A stretch of DNA of 32,000 nt, from IMG/VR virus record IMGVR_UViG_3300045988_182205, positions 66,047 through 98,046 of that record. The stretch is one strand, 5' to 3'. Within the stretch, counting starts at the first letter, position 1. Each line of letters begins with the position of its first letter. The position numbers and the translations under genes are program-made. The notes beneath the pieces are model-generated. The model searched no databases. It was not told the DNA's origin and worked only from the letters and a program-made list of their open reading frames with translations. The stretch comes from a virus. Below are positions 8,842-18,277 of this stretch, one piece after another.

Positions 8842-9063
8842 TTATGCGATGACGAGAATGTCATCGATTTTCGTATCGAGCATCGCGGCGAGAATCACAA
8901 GGTTGTCGATGGTAGGAAGTGCAGTGCCTGCCTGCCATTTGGCTACCGCCTGTGTGGAGACACCGAGCGTATCCGCCACATCCTTTACCTTGATGCCTGC
9001 CGCTTTTCGCAGTGCCTTGATATTGGCACCTGTTTGCTGGATATCGATTGTTGGAACGTTCAT
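8842..9063 (-). CDS. XRE-family HTH regulator
   Basis: MNVPTIDIQQTGANIKALRKAAGIKVKDVADTLGVSTQAVAKWQAGTALPTIDNLVILAAMLDTKIDDILV; start taken inside ORF 8842..9165. Confidence 0.85.
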   Translation of the reverse strand: MNVPTIDIQQTGANIKALRKAAGIKVKDVADTLGVSTQAVAKWQAGTALPTIDNLVILAAMLDTKIDDILVIA

Positions 9064-9086
9064 TTTCTTTTGCTGCCTTTCTGTAT

Positions 9087-9140
9087 TGCAGGCAACAAAA
9101 AACGCTGCCTGCCGAAATGAATCGACAAGCAGCGTTCGGA
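9087..9140 (-). terminator. intrinsic terminator or attenuator upstream of the XRE gene
   Basis: Minus strand CGAACGCTGCTTGTCGATTCATTTCGGCAGGCAGCGTTTTTTG. Confidence 0.6.
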
Positions 9141-9152
9141 ATGCAAATGCCG

Positions 9153-9293
9153 TCAGAAGACGCACCGCAGCCGTTCGAGGTCTGTTTTTGCCTGTCGATG
9201 GGTATAGGAAACAAAGCTGGATTCGTAGGACTCGAATTCAGATTCATAACTATACTCAGCAAACGACATAGCATTAACAGTCTTGCACAGCAT
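9153..9293 (-). CDS. small ORF, possible leader peptide
   Basis: Manual translation MLCKTVNAMSFAEYSYESEFESYESSFVSYTHRQAKTDLERLRCVF* preceded by AAAGGAGACAACCGAAG and a promoter at about 9336-9363. Confidence 0.4.
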   Translation of the reverse strand: MLCKTVNAMSFAEYSYESEFESYESSFVSYTHRQAKTDLERLRCVF

Positions 9294-9334
9294 CTTCGGT
9301 TGTCTCCTTTCGTTTCGTTCTGTTTACATTATAC

Positions 9335-9364
9335 CACTTTTGTGGTTCTGGTCAATCAACTTGT
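9335..9364 (-). promoter_or_regulatory. sigma70-like promoter
   Basis: Minus strand TTGACC-N16-TATAAT (TTGACCAGAACCACAAAAGTGGTATAAT). Confidence 0.6.
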
Positions 9365-9435
9365 GGTTGATGTTTATTCGCAGTAACCAGCTCCTTCGTG
9401 GAGAATGCGGTCTGCACCGAGTTTGTGCTTGCTCA

Positions 9436-9813
9436 TCACACATACTCTCCGTCCGGAAGCCTGTCCGCATCCGGCAATTCATCGGCAGTCAGTTCCCTCA
9501 ATGTTCCTTGGTCTGTATCCAAGCCGATGGTATACATATACACTACACGGCTATCCCGGAATACTTCGGCCGGGGTCTTGCTTTTGCTGACGATTTGTTC
9601 GATTTGCTGCTTCGACGCCGGATACAGGACCCAGCGTTCTTCGCTTCGCACTTCTGTGCAGTTACAGAAATACAATTTTTCGTCCTCATCCTTGCATACG
9701 CAGAGCAGCGAAATGCCGTCATAACTCCAAAACACTTTATCGACAACAAGTTCTTTTCCAAACAATTCCTTGAAATTCAGTCCCTCAAACAAGGGCTCTC
9801 CGCGTAAACTCAT
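9436..9813 (-). CDS. hypothetical protein
   Basis: 125-aa ORF. Confidence 0.6.
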   Translation of the reverse strand: MSLRGEPLFEGLNFKELFGKELVVDKVFWSYDGISLLCVCKDEDEKLYFCNCTEVRSEERWVLYPASKQQIEQIVSKSKTPAEVFRDSRVVYMYTIGLDTDQGTLRELTADELPDADRLPDGEYV

Positions 9814-9951
9814 ATCCGCTCCTGCTTTTGTGCTTCTTCATGCCTCAACCAACTTGTGGTTGAGATTTTGGGCTTATCTGCGGTCAAGACGCGAGGATTC
9901 GAGGAAGTGAACCTATCGGTGTGCGATTTTTACTTTTATGCTTGCCCATGC

Positions 9952-10299
9952 CTAGTCCTTCTCAAGAAAATGTTCCCACTGCGTTCGCCTGATTGGTGTG
10001 CCGCCGAAAGCATAGTGCTTGTCATAGTAATCCGACATCGCCTCGGCATATTTGGCGGCATCAGTCGGATTATAAAACACCGTTTTGCCAATACTCTTTA
10101 CTGCAACCCAATGAACAGCAGTGTGACCATCCACATCCACACCGACGCAATGCGCATCGACATATTTTCCCTTAAAGAATCTTGTAATCTTGACAGGGTA
10201 TACAACATATTCCAGTTCAACGAGTCGCTTTTCGTTGTAGTACCGATGTTCCCAGACGCCCCAGAGAGTGTCGCCAATTTTCGGCTTCATGCTTTTCAT
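9952..10299 (-). CDS. hypothetical protein
   Basis: 115-aa ORF. Confidence 0.6.
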   Translation of the reverse strand: MKSMKPKIGDTLWGVWEHRYYNEKRLVELEYVVYPVKITRFFKGKYVDAHCVGVDVDGHTAVHWVAVKSIGKTVFYNPTDAAKYAEAMSDYYDKHYAFGGTPIRRTQWEHFLEKD

Positions 10300-10310
10300 A
10301 AGAGCCTCTC

Positions 10311-10865
10311 TTATTTGGTGGTTTTGGTCGGGAAAACCTCATACACACTAACATACAGCATCCCCGGCTTATAATCCGCATATTCTACCGGACGCTTCTG
10401 GTCGTATACCTTCACATCCGAACCATCATCTGGCGTGAGCCAGAGATATTTGACGTGCTCGGCATAGCGCGGGTTTTCCACGCGATAGACTTGACCTTCT
10501 TTGATTTCGAGACGTCGCATACAGGCTTGGACGCGGGAAAACTCAACAAATGCACCATAGTCACCAATCACGATACGGTTGTACCCGTTGGTAATGACTG
10601 TGCCATCAGCGGTTTCGAGCGAAATCGTGTCACCGGACACATTGCACCATTCCGGCAATGTCTTTTGAAACTTGGCTCTCACATCGCAGAAGAAGGTACG
10701 CGGGATGGGTTTGTATTTGTATTCACGGGCAAGCTGTTCTTGGTACTCGAGCATCTGAGCGCCGATTTCTGAGATTTTGTGTTTCACAATTTCACCCCTG
10801 ACCCAGCATCTGTGCGGATGCGATTTCCCGAATATTGCGATTTTCTTTTTCTGGAGCCGATACAA
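10311..10865 (-). CDS. hypothetical protein
   Basis: 184-aa ORF; start may be the internal MLEYQEQL. Confidence 0.6.
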   Translation of the reverse strand: MYRLQKKKIAIFGKSHPHRCWVRGEIVKHKISEIGAQMLEYQEQLAREYKYKPIPRTFFCDVRAKFQKTLPEWCNVSGDTISLETADGTVITNGYNRIVIGDYGAFVEFSRVQACMRRLEIKEGQVYRVENPRYAEHVKYLWLTPDDGSDVKVYDQKRPVEYADYKPGMLYVSVYEVFPTKTTK

Positions 10866-11499
10866 TACGGCGATGAGAGCGCATCAGCGTCAATACGCGG
10901 TTACGGAGCTTTTCATCTTTGATAAGCTGAGCAACCTGTTTGATTTCCGATTCGCGCAGATACATTGTACTGTTGATGAGAACACCACGTACCTCGCCGT
11001 TTTCGGAACTTTTCTCAACCTTATCGACATTGTCATAGGCGTAAATCACATCAACATCAATGCTGACGGACGCTTTCTCAAGAAGTTCAGTTCCTCCTTG
11101 GGCTACCAGCCACTTGTGTGTGTAGCTTTCGTCAGAAATGTATGTTTCGCCAATGAGTCCCAGCGGCGGCGACACAAGGTTGTTCGTGGAATAGCGGATA
11201 TGGTCCTCACTTTCATTGAGGTTGTCCTGCCAAAGTTGCATCGGCTTAAGGCTCTTGTCCTTGAAGTGAATGTAGGTGTCCTGAATGAATGTGCAGACGG
11301 TCCGCTTAATATAAGCGATTTCCGGCATCTCTTCTACATTACGGAAGACAAAGCGCGTAGACTCGCCTTCACCGTACTCCTCGTCATCCGTCACATAACG
11401 GACCTTCTCCAACACAAACTTGGGTTTTAATGCCTCTTTAACGGCTTCGAGAGAAAATACATTCCACTTCATTAGATAGTCCTCCACTTCTTTTCCCAC
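10792..11499 (-). CDS. hypothetical protein
   Basis: 235-aa ORF. Confidence 0.6.
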   Translation of the reverse strand: MGKEVEDYLMKWNVFSLEAVKEALKPKFVLEKVRYVTDDEEYGEGESTRFVFRNVEEMPEIAYIKRTVCTFIQDTYIHFKDKSLKPMQLWQDNLNESEDHIRYSTNNLVSPPLGLIGETYISDESYTHKWLVAQGGTELLEKASVSIDVDVIYAYDNVDKVEKSSENGEVRGVLINSTMYLRESEIKQVAQLIKDEKLRNRVLTLMRSHRRIVSAPEKENRNIREIASAQMLGQG

Positions 11500-11909
11500 T
11501 GGTCATACTCGGCAATTTCCCGCTTTATGGTTTTGCCGTCTTTCTTATATACGGTGATACGATGTGCATAGTTGGCAGAGTGTTTCAGCAGCCGTTGCAA
11601 TGCTTCTTCCTCGGAAGTCGCTTTTGTAACTCCGCGATAGGAACCACCAGAGCCTAAGATTTCGGGTTCGTACCAACCCGTTTCATAGTATACAGTCTGC
11701 TCGTCTGCTTCATCCAGAACGACTTTTCCCTGTTCGCCATAGTCACCCGTATAGTTGCTGCGGATGATGTTGGCGGCACGGTCATTTCCCTGCTGTTCAT
11801 AGGCTTCGGCAATGAACTCGACATAAGCCCTGAATTTTTCCTCGTCACCTTCACGATGCGCGGCGATGAGTTTTCCGATAGTTACAGCGTTAATGATGTT
11901 CATGAACAC
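11472..11909 (-). CDS. hypothetical protein
   Basis: 145-aa ORF. Confidence 0.6.
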   Translation of the reverse strand: MFMNIINAVTIGKLIAAHREGDEEKFRAYVEFIAEAYEQQGNDRAANIIRSNYTGDYGEQGKVVLDEADEQTVYYETGWYEPEILGSGGSYRGVTKATSEEEALQRLLKHSANYAHRITVYKKDGKTIKREIAEYDQWEKKWRTI

Positions 11910-12059
11910 ACTCCTATAAAATCGATTTTGACTTCTCCCACGGTGGGGACACCGTCTATAGTTGCTTGCGACTTAGGCGGTGAGGAATGCGCTAACCAAG
12001 AGGCAATTTGAAGTGTACTCAGTTAGCACAAATACCCTGCTACTCCTTTCTTTAAATGA

Positions 12060-13457
12060 TTAAGATACTTTTTTCCATGCGGGATGTATGGAATCAGCTG
12101 CTTTTACAATTTTAAGCTTTTTAAGGCTTGCGGATTTTTGACCGCTTTTTGCGGGTGTCTCGAACTCTACATATACAGCACCATTCTTTTTGGTATGAGT
12201 GCCATGCACAATGAGATTTTCTCCGTTGAGAGAGACTAAATCACCCGGATTGAGATTCACCTTTTTTCGTAACAGAGCACGATGCCCTGCGTATGTCCTC
12301 TTGCCACGGTATTTGTGCAGATTTTCCGAATCCTTTTTGTGGTTACGGTTAATTCTACCGTTGAAGAGTTCTTTTCCGGTGGCTATTTCTCCTGTACGAA
12401 TGTCAATGTAGCGAGAATCATAAAACTTTTCAAGGATACGGTTGTTACGCCTTGCCTTTTCATAGTGCTCAAACGTACAACGGAGATTTGGATGAAATTC
12501 ACCCATTGCATATGCATCATTGTTATGGCTTTTTTCAAGCTGAAGCGCGATACGCTTTTCTTTTGTCATTGCGCCGTAAGTGATTGTAACAAACGGCTTG
12601 CCAAAAGCAACGTAAAGTTCATTGACAATTTGCCACCTAACAGTGTTCATAAAAGCCGCACCGGAAAGGTCGGCAAATTTAATCTTTTCTCCGAAACCAT
12701 AAAGCTTACCGCTTTTTTGGTGATTGGCAGGCGTATGGCACTTTTCGCATACTGTTAGAAGTTCGTCCAGGCCGTTGCCGTGACGACCTTTCCAGTAGAA
12801 CATATGGTGCATATGTAAAATCGCACCTTCGGTAGCTTTACGCCCACAAACTTTACAGACATAGTTATCGCGGTAAAATACCGCTTCTCGCAAGGTTGCC
12901 AAGTTGTAGCGAGGACCTTTTTGATAGTCCGCTCCTTCTGGAACAGCTTTTCCTTCCTGAATTGCTTTTACAAGCATTGTATCGAAGGAACCAACTTCAA
13001 CCGTTGCATGAGTAATGGGCATTACCGCACAATACATCTTGACAATGTTGACATTGAGTTCTTTTTTATGCTTCAAAGAAGGAGCAAGCCAACCTTCGCC
13101 GCGTTTGCGATTATCGAAGCGAGGTTTACGGTAGCGCAATCTGTTTCTGCGTGTACGACGGTGCATACGGCAGTCATCGTGATGTTCCTTCTCATCCTGC
13201 AATGTATCATACTGAGCAGATACATACTCGTGAGATTCGCTTTTCACGCTGATGCCGATATAGTTGTAACCTACATCTTCGCAGATTTCGATGGGTTGGG
13301 TGTTTGTTTTGCTGTCATACAGCAGTTGGATGGTAAACGGGTGATGCTTAACAATTTTTGCTTTTCCGTCTTTCAAGAGTCGGCGTACCTTGCCGAGACG
13401 GAAAGTAGGCATTAAGCGTTCACCACTATTGCTGAGAACACAAACGCAAGTGTTCAT
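12060..13457 (-). CDS. iscB: IscB-like RNA-guided nuclease (PLMP / RuvC / HNH)
   Basis: N-terminus VCVLSNSGERLMPTFRLGKVRRLLKDGKAKIVKHHPFTIQLLYDS is the PLMP domain; Arg-rich bridge RMHRRTRRNRLRYRKPRFDNRKR; VEVGSFD (RuvC-II); CKVCGRKA...HMHHM...CEKCH (HNH); KSHNNDAYAMG (RuvC-III). Confidence 0.9.
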   Translation of the reverse strand: MNTCVCVLSNSGERLMPTFRLGKVRRLLKDGKAKIVKHHPFTIQLLYDSKTNTQPIEICEDVGYNYIGISVKSESHEYVSAQYDTLQDEKEHHDDCRMHRRTRRNRLRYRKPRFDNRKRGEGWLAPSLKHKKELNVNIVKMYCAVMPITHATVEVGSFDTMLVKAIQEGKAVPEGADYQKGPRYNLATLREAVFYRDNYVCKVCGRKATEGAILHMHHMFYWKGRHGNGLDELLTVCEKCHTPANHQKSGKLYGFGEKIKFADLSGAAFMNTVRWQIVNELYVAFGKPFVTITYGAMTKEKRIALQLEKSHNNDAYAMGEFHPNLRCTFEHYEKARRNNRILEKFYDSRYIDIRTGEIATGKELFNGRINRNHKKDSENLHKYRGKRTYAGHRALLRKKVNLNPGDLVSLNGENLIVHGTHTKKNGAVYVEFETPAKSGQKSASLKKLKIVKAADSIHPAWKKVS

Positions 13458-13499
13458 GCAAGATACTCCTTTCGTAAAATAGTAATGAAACTATAAGTC

Positions 13500-13862
13500 A
13501 GGGCTTGCGCCCTGTGGTCCACTTCGCCAATGTTATGCACTGTTTTAGCCTTTCGGCATGGCAGACGCACATCTCCTACCCTTAGAGGTTTTTAACGTAA
13601 TACATATCAACGGTTTGCACCATTGACACATACACTGCCCGCAGAGCCCGACACTTGTGGAACATATCGGGGTGCCTATATTATGAAGATGATTGCTCAT
13701 CAAATGCATAACGGAGTTCGCGGCAACCGAAGTTGCCGTTCACCAAGGCTAATCAACCGGGCTTACAGGTTTCCCCGCAAGCCCCGTCTATAACCGGTGA
13801 ACCGGTTTAGGCGGGGTTGTTGACCACTGGAGCATAGTATGTCGTCCGCAAAAGCAGACGAC
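13500..13862 (-). ncRNA. omega-RNA / HEARO-like RNA upstream of iscB (approximate limits)
   Basis: About 350 nt noncoding directly 5' of iscB with strong helices: GTCGTCTGC-TTTT-GCGGACGAC; CCCCGcctaAACCGGT-TC-ACCGGTTatagaCGGGG; CGGCAAC-TTCG-GTTGCCG; GGGC-GCAA-GCCC. Confidence 0.7.
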
Positions 13863-13917
13863 AGTTGCATAGCTTGATTTTACAGCGAATATCACATTTT
13901 ATCGCTGTTTTTATGAT

Positions 13918-13930
13918 TGTATTATACCAT
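13918..13930 (-). promoter_or_regulatory. -10 region (TGGTATAATAC) upstream of the omega-RNA
   Basis: Minus strand TTTGCATCAGAATATGGTATAATACAATC. Confidence 0.5.
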
Positions 13931-14139
13931 ATTCTGATGCAAATTTGTAGCGAGTACAAGTATGATTCACAAACAATTAACATCTGAGCGAGTCGCATTT
14001 TGTGCGCTTGCTTGTCGTATTCGTCTGGCGCGAATCAGTGCTGAATCTGCCTCGAATCTGCCCCGTCAGAAAACAGGCAAAAGCAACAGCAACACAAACG
14101 CGAGTCTTTGCAAGTTTCAGAAATAGCGCTTTCCTCGGC

Positions 14140-14850
14140 TCAGGACTTGCTCTCTGCGGGCGCTGGCGTCCAGTATAAGAGCGTTCCGAGGATATCGCAC
14201 ATCGGTGCCGCCTCGAAGACGCAAAGCGTTTCCAGAGCATCTCTGAGGCGCTGCTCGTAATCTGTACGCAGTATATCAAGGGGAACCAGCACCTTGTAGG
14301 AGCCGGAAGGCGCTTTCAGAACGGGAGATTCGGATGCTGAATTCTCAGTAGGGTCATTCTCCCATCCGCAGGTGATGAGATAGTCATACAGAGCATAGGG
14401 GTTTACGGCAGAGACTGTCTTTCTGCCATCAAGCATCTTGTAGGCACGGAGATACTTGGCTTCTCGCGCAAGGTCTTTGCTTGTGAGAGAATACGGGATT
14501 CGGTTAAGGTCCATATTGCTGACGAGGTCTGCGCGTTTTACCTTGACGGCAATGTCGTTTTGCTTAACACGCCAGATATACTCTGCGTAGGTCGTATCTT
14601 TTTCCCGAGTCAGTACAGAGACCGCCTCAGCCACTTCCGGAGGGAATTCCGCTCTGATGGTATCTATCGTGGTGCCGGTATCCTCCACCGTGTCGTGCAG
14701 GTAGGCGGCAGTTTTCACCAGCGGGTCAGGCTCAACGCCGTCTGCGACAACGGCCACATGCGCCGTAAAGTAGTCTTCCCCTGCCTTGTCGGTCTGGCCC
14801 TTGTGCGCCATCATGGCGAATGCCTTTGCTTTCTCAATATAATCAATCAT
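14140..14850 (-). CDS. HD-domain hydrolase (SpoT/RelA hydrolase-like)
   Basis: MIDYIEKAKAFAMMAHKGQTDKAGEDYFTAHV...VKTAAYLHDTVEDTGTTIDTI...VKRADLVSNMD; start taken inside ORF 14140..14931. Confidence 0.8.
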   Translation of the reverse strand: MIDYIEKAKAFAMMAHKGQTDKAGEDYFTAHVAVVADGVEPDPLVKTAAYLHDTVEDTGTTIDTIRAEFPPEVAEAVSVLTREKDTTYAEYIWRVKQNDIAVKVKRADLVSNMDLNRIPYSLTSKDLAREAKYLRAYKMLDGRKTVSAVNPYALYDYLITCGWENDPTENSASESPVLKAPSGSYKVLVPLDILRTDYEQRLRDALETLCVFEAAPMCDILGTLLYWTPAPAESKS

Positions 14851-14894
14851 TCGTATCACCTTTCTTTGGTTTGTAAGCAGCACCATGCGGGTCT

Positions 14895-14945
14895 GCCGGG
14901 CAATAAAAAAGGCTTGCCAGTTTCCCGGCAAGCCTCGATAGATTC
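14895..14945 (-). terminator. intrinsic terminator downstream of the repeat-protein gene
   Basis: Minus strand GAGGCTTGCCGGGAAACTGGCAAGCCTTTTTTATT. Confidence 0.7.
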
Positions 14946-14987
14946 AGGTCTTTGCGGACCTATGTTGTAGTGTTGGAAACGGGAGAT

Positions 14988-17909
14988 TTACTCCGCAGCG
15001 CCCTCAACGATTACGACCTCAGCCTCGGTCTCCTTAGGCATGTCGGCATCTTCCTGCTTGGTGTCGGTGCTGTCCTCGGAAGTCTCGGCAGACTTTTCGG
15101 TCTCAACAGACTCAACAGGAGCGGCAGGCTCGGCAGGAGTTTCAGCAGGTACAGCAGACTCAACCGGAGTCTCTGCGACATAGGTCTCGGTGTTGATGCT
15201 CTCGGCGCTCATTTCCTGCGCCGGAACCTCGACAACAGGCTTAGTCCCGGCTTCGATAGGGTTTGCAGCCACCTTAGCACTCGCGGGCAGACGAGCGATA
15301 GACTCAGTCTTGGTCTCGCCGCAACCAGTGCAAGTGTAGGTCTTGACACCCTCATGCTCAGTGGTAGGCTCGGTGGTAACGACACCGTTATCCCAAGTAT
15401 GGTCTTTCTTGGGCGTGGTAGAGAGAACGGTGCTCACTTCACCGCAGACGGTGCAGTAGATTTCGGTGCGACCCTCTTCCTTGCAGGTAGGCTCAATGAC
15501 ACGCATCTCGGCATGGTGACCGGTGGAGTGTACAATGTTGTCCTTGTAAGAGAAGCTGTCATCCTCATTGCACTTGTGCATCGTATAGCCGTCCTCGGTG
15601 CAAGTCGGCGGGACAACGGTAACAGTGAAGGTGTACTTGGTGGGCAGGACCTTTTCGGTCATGGTCGCATCGCAGTTCTTGCAGTGCAGGGTCTTGACGC
15701 CGTACTCGTCATGAGTGGGCTGGGTAGTGATGACACCCTCATCCCAGATATGACCAGTACCACCGTAGGAGTAGGTCATGGTATGGGAAGCATCGCGCTT
15801 GCAGTGCATCAGCATAGTGCCCGGCTCGGTGCAGGTAGCCTTTTTCAGGCATTCGGTGTGCTCGAAGTCCCAGTCGTGGCTGCCGATAGCGGGCATAGGA
15901 ACGAGAATTTTGCTGTCGCAGCCATCATTGGTGCAGTACATCCAACGCTCGCCCTCAGTCTCGCAAGAGGGCTCCTTGACGATTTCACCAAGACCCGTGT
16001 ACTCATGGACATGGACCTTGGCAATGCTCTCGGTCTTGGTCTTGTTGCAGACGGTGCAGGTATAGGTCTTGATGCCCGGCTCGGTGGCAGTAGGCTCCTT
16101 GGTGATAACACCCTCGTCCCACTGATGCTCCTCATTGACGGGGATATCGCGGACATGCTGCTTATCGTTGCAGCGTTCACAGACCTTATCTACGCTGCCA
16201 GCGTCCTTGCAGGTGGCGGGAGTAGTGACTTCCTTGTACTCATGACCCAGTGCAGGGACGATGTTGTCCTTGAAGGACTTGGTGGCATCTTCCACGCACT
16301 CGTGCATGGTATAGCCGTCCTCAGTGCAGGTAGGAGCGACCACGGTCTCGTTGTAGGTGTAACCCAGAGCCGGAATGCTCTCAGTGTAGGTATCACCACA
16401 GTTGTGGCAGGTGAAGGTCTTGACACCGTTCTCGGTGTAGGTGGGCTTGGTGGTCACAACGCCGTCATCGTAATCGTGACCGGTTGCGGGGATGACCTCG
16501 GTGTAGGTATGGCTCTTGTCGTTCTGGCAAGTGAAGGTCTTGACGCCATCCTCAGTGCAGGTAGCAGCCTTGGTGACAACGCCGTCATCGTAGTTATGAC
16601 CAAGCGCGGCAATCTCCTCGGTCTTAGTCTCGGTGCAGCCATCGTTCAGGCACTTGTAGGTCTTCACGCCGGAAGCCTCACAGGTGGCGGGCGTGGTGAC
16701 AGTACCATCATCCCACTTGTGACCCACAGCCGGGATGACCTCAGTCTTGGTCGCGCCGTCACGAGAGCAGGTAAAGGTCTTCTCGCCATCCTCAGTGCAG
16801 GTAGCAGCCTTGGTGACGACACCCTCGCCCCAATCATGGTCCAGAGCGTCCACGAAATCGCGGTTCTCTGTCAGCGTAGCGTCCTGGTCGCAGATGTAGA
16901 CGGTGTAGCCCTGCTCAGTGCAGGTGGGAGCAACCGTATCACCCTTGTGCCAAGTCTTCTCCACCATCGGGATATCCTCGGTATAGGTATCACCGCAAGC
17001 AGAGCAGGTAAAGGTCTTGACGCCCTTCTCGTAGATGGTCGCTTCCTTGGTCACGACACCCTCATCATAGGTGTGCGGGGTCTTGTCGGTGAAATCACCC
17101 TTGTAAGTAAGACCCGGAACCTCATTGCACTCATAGATGGTATAGCCCTCGGAAGTGCAGGTGGGGGCAACGACCTGCAGGATGTGGTAGGTCTTGTCCA
17201 GAGAAGGAATCTCCTCAGTACGGGTCTCACCGCAATCCTTGCACTTGAAGGTCTTGATGCCGGTCTCGGTGTAGGTGGCAGCTTTCGTCACGGTGCCGTT
17301 ATCCCAGCTATGACCCTTGGCGGCAACATAGTTGTCGTTGTAGTTCATGCCGCCCCACTCGTTGCAGATATGCTCATCATAGCCCTGCGTGGTGCAGGTG
17401 GCGTCATGATGGCGCACGGTGAAGGTGTAGACGGGCTGAGACTTCTTCTCGGCGGGAGTGGCAGCGGGAGTCACAGCAGCAGGCTTCTGGGCAGGAGTCT
17501 TGGTGCCGGTGGTGGTTTTATGGGTGTTGTAGACGGGAGCCTTGGCGGGACCATCCTTAGTAGAAACATTGTCGGGGTTCGTGTTCTGGCTGGCAGCGGG
17601 CTTCTCAGCCTTGTCGGAAGCAGCCTCAGACTCAGCGGTCTTGTTCTCGGTGCTGGCAGCATTGGAATCGGGCTTGCTCTCGGCTTCACTCTCAGCCTTG
17701 CTCTCGGACGCCGCCGCGCTGGTATCTTCCTTCTCGGCAGTGTCGGGGGTTTCGGACTGTGCGGTGCTTGCAGAATCGCTCAGGCTGGTGGAAGGAGCAG
17801 AAGAGGCAGCATCCTGATTCTTCTTGCCCTTACATCCGGTAACAGAGATTGCGACTGTAGCAGCCATGGCAACTGCAAGCACATTCTTCATCATAGATTT
17901 TTTGCGCAT
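14988..17909 (-). CDS. giant Cys-rich repeat lipoprotein
   Basis: Signal peptide with lipobox (MAATVAISVTGCKG); Ser/Thr/Glu-rich linker; then many repeats of type ATCTEDGVKTFTCxxxxxxxTExIPAxGHxxDDGVVT. Confidence 0.85.
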   Translation of the reverse strand: MRKKSMMKNVLAVAMAATVAISVTGCKGKKNQDAASSAPSTSLSDSASTAQSETPDTAEKEDTSAAASESKAESEAESKPDSNAASTENKTAESEAASDKAEKPAASQNTNPDNVSTKDGPAKAPVYNTHKTTTGTKTPAQKPAAVTPAATPAEKKSQPVYTFTVRHHDATCTTQGYDEHICNEWGGMNYNDNYVAAKGHSWDNGTVTKAATYTETGIKTFKCKDCGETRTEEIPSLDKTYHILQVVAPTCTSEGYTIYECNEVPGLTYKGDFTDKTPHTYDEGVVTKEATIYEKGVKTFTCSACGDTYTEDIPMVEKTWHKGDTVAPTCTEQGYTVYICDQDATLTENRDFVDALDHDWGEGVVTKAATCTEDGEKTFTCSRDGATKTEVIPAVGHKWDDGTVTTPATCEASGVKTYKCLNDGCTETKTEEIAALGHNYDDGVVTKAATCTEDGVKTFTCQNDKSHTYTEVIPATGHDYDDGVVTTKPTYTENGVKTFTCHNCGDTYTESIPALGYTYNETVVAPTCTEDGYTMHECVEDATKSFKDNIVPALGHEYKEVTTPATCKDAGSVDKVCERCNDKQHVRDIPVNEEHQWDEGVITKEPTATEPGIKTYTCTVCNKTKTESIAKVHVHEYTGLGEIVKEPSCETEGERWMYCTNDGCDSKILVPMPAIGSHDWDFEHTECLKKATCTEPGTMLMHCKRDASHTMTYSYGGTGHIWDEGVITTQPTHDEYGVKTLHCKNCDATMTEKVLPTKYTFTVTVVPPTCTEDGYTMHKCNEDDSFSYKDNIVHSTGHHAEMRVIEPTCKEEGRTEIYCTVCGEVSTVLSTTPKKDHTWDNGVVTTEPTTEHEGVKTYTCTGCGETKTESIARLPASAKVAANPIEAGTKPVVEVPAQEMSAESINTETYVAETPVESAVPAETPAEPAAPVESVETEKSAETSEDSTDTKQEDADMPKETEAEVVIVEGAAE

Positions 17910-18152
17910 GATTTTACTTCTCCTTTTTACTGTGTGGGGTGAGTCCCCACATCAACGAAACGATGTGAAGAGCGGAGGACTTCTGATATTTCGTTTTCCC
18001 TGTCGCTCTATATGCATTATACCACATTTTTCCTTGAAAGTGTACTGAGTACAACCATGATTAACGTAATGTTCACAAATCGCAACAGAATCCGAGAGGC
18101 TCCTATCGGAGAAAAAACGATTCTGGTACGATGAAAAGAAGCGCAAATATGT

Positions 18153-18187
18153 AAAAAGCAGCCGGGTACAGAGTGTATCCGACTGCT
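18153..18187 (-). terminator. intrinsic terminator of a tRNA transcript
   Basis: Minus strand AGCAGTCGG...CCGGCTGCTTTTT just 3' of tRNA-Ser(UGA). Confidence 0.7.
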
Positions 18188-18189
18188 GA

Positions 18190-18277
18190 TGGCGGATAGG
18201 GTAGGATTCGAACCCACGGACGCGGATGCATCTCTGGTTTTCAAGACCAGTTCCATAAACCACTCGGACACCTATCC
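18190..18277 (-). tRNA. tRNA-Ser(UGA)
   Basis: GGATAGG...CTGGT-CTTGAAA-ACCAG...CCTATCC-G-CCA. Confidence 0.9.

Noticed and set aside
9205-9270. Possible tRNA suggested by TTCGAGTCCTACGAATCCA on the minus strand.
   Set aside because: The T stem does not pair and no matching 5' acceptor exists; the segment lies inside the short ORF 9153-9293.
13200-13300. Apparent loss of the RuvC-I catalytic aspartate in IscB (YIGISVKS read as GIDPGS with D to S).
   Set aside because: Alignment from memory with a characterised IscB places TQPIEICEDVGYNYIGISV over TQPLVLGIDPGRTNIGMSV, so the aspartate is probably retained in CEDVG. A dead RuvC cannot be claimed.
14952-17942. 996-aa plus-strand ORF.
   Set aside because: It is antisense to the lipoprotein gene, whose translation has signal peptide, lipobox and clear repeats. 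The plus-strand ORF is a mirror artefact.
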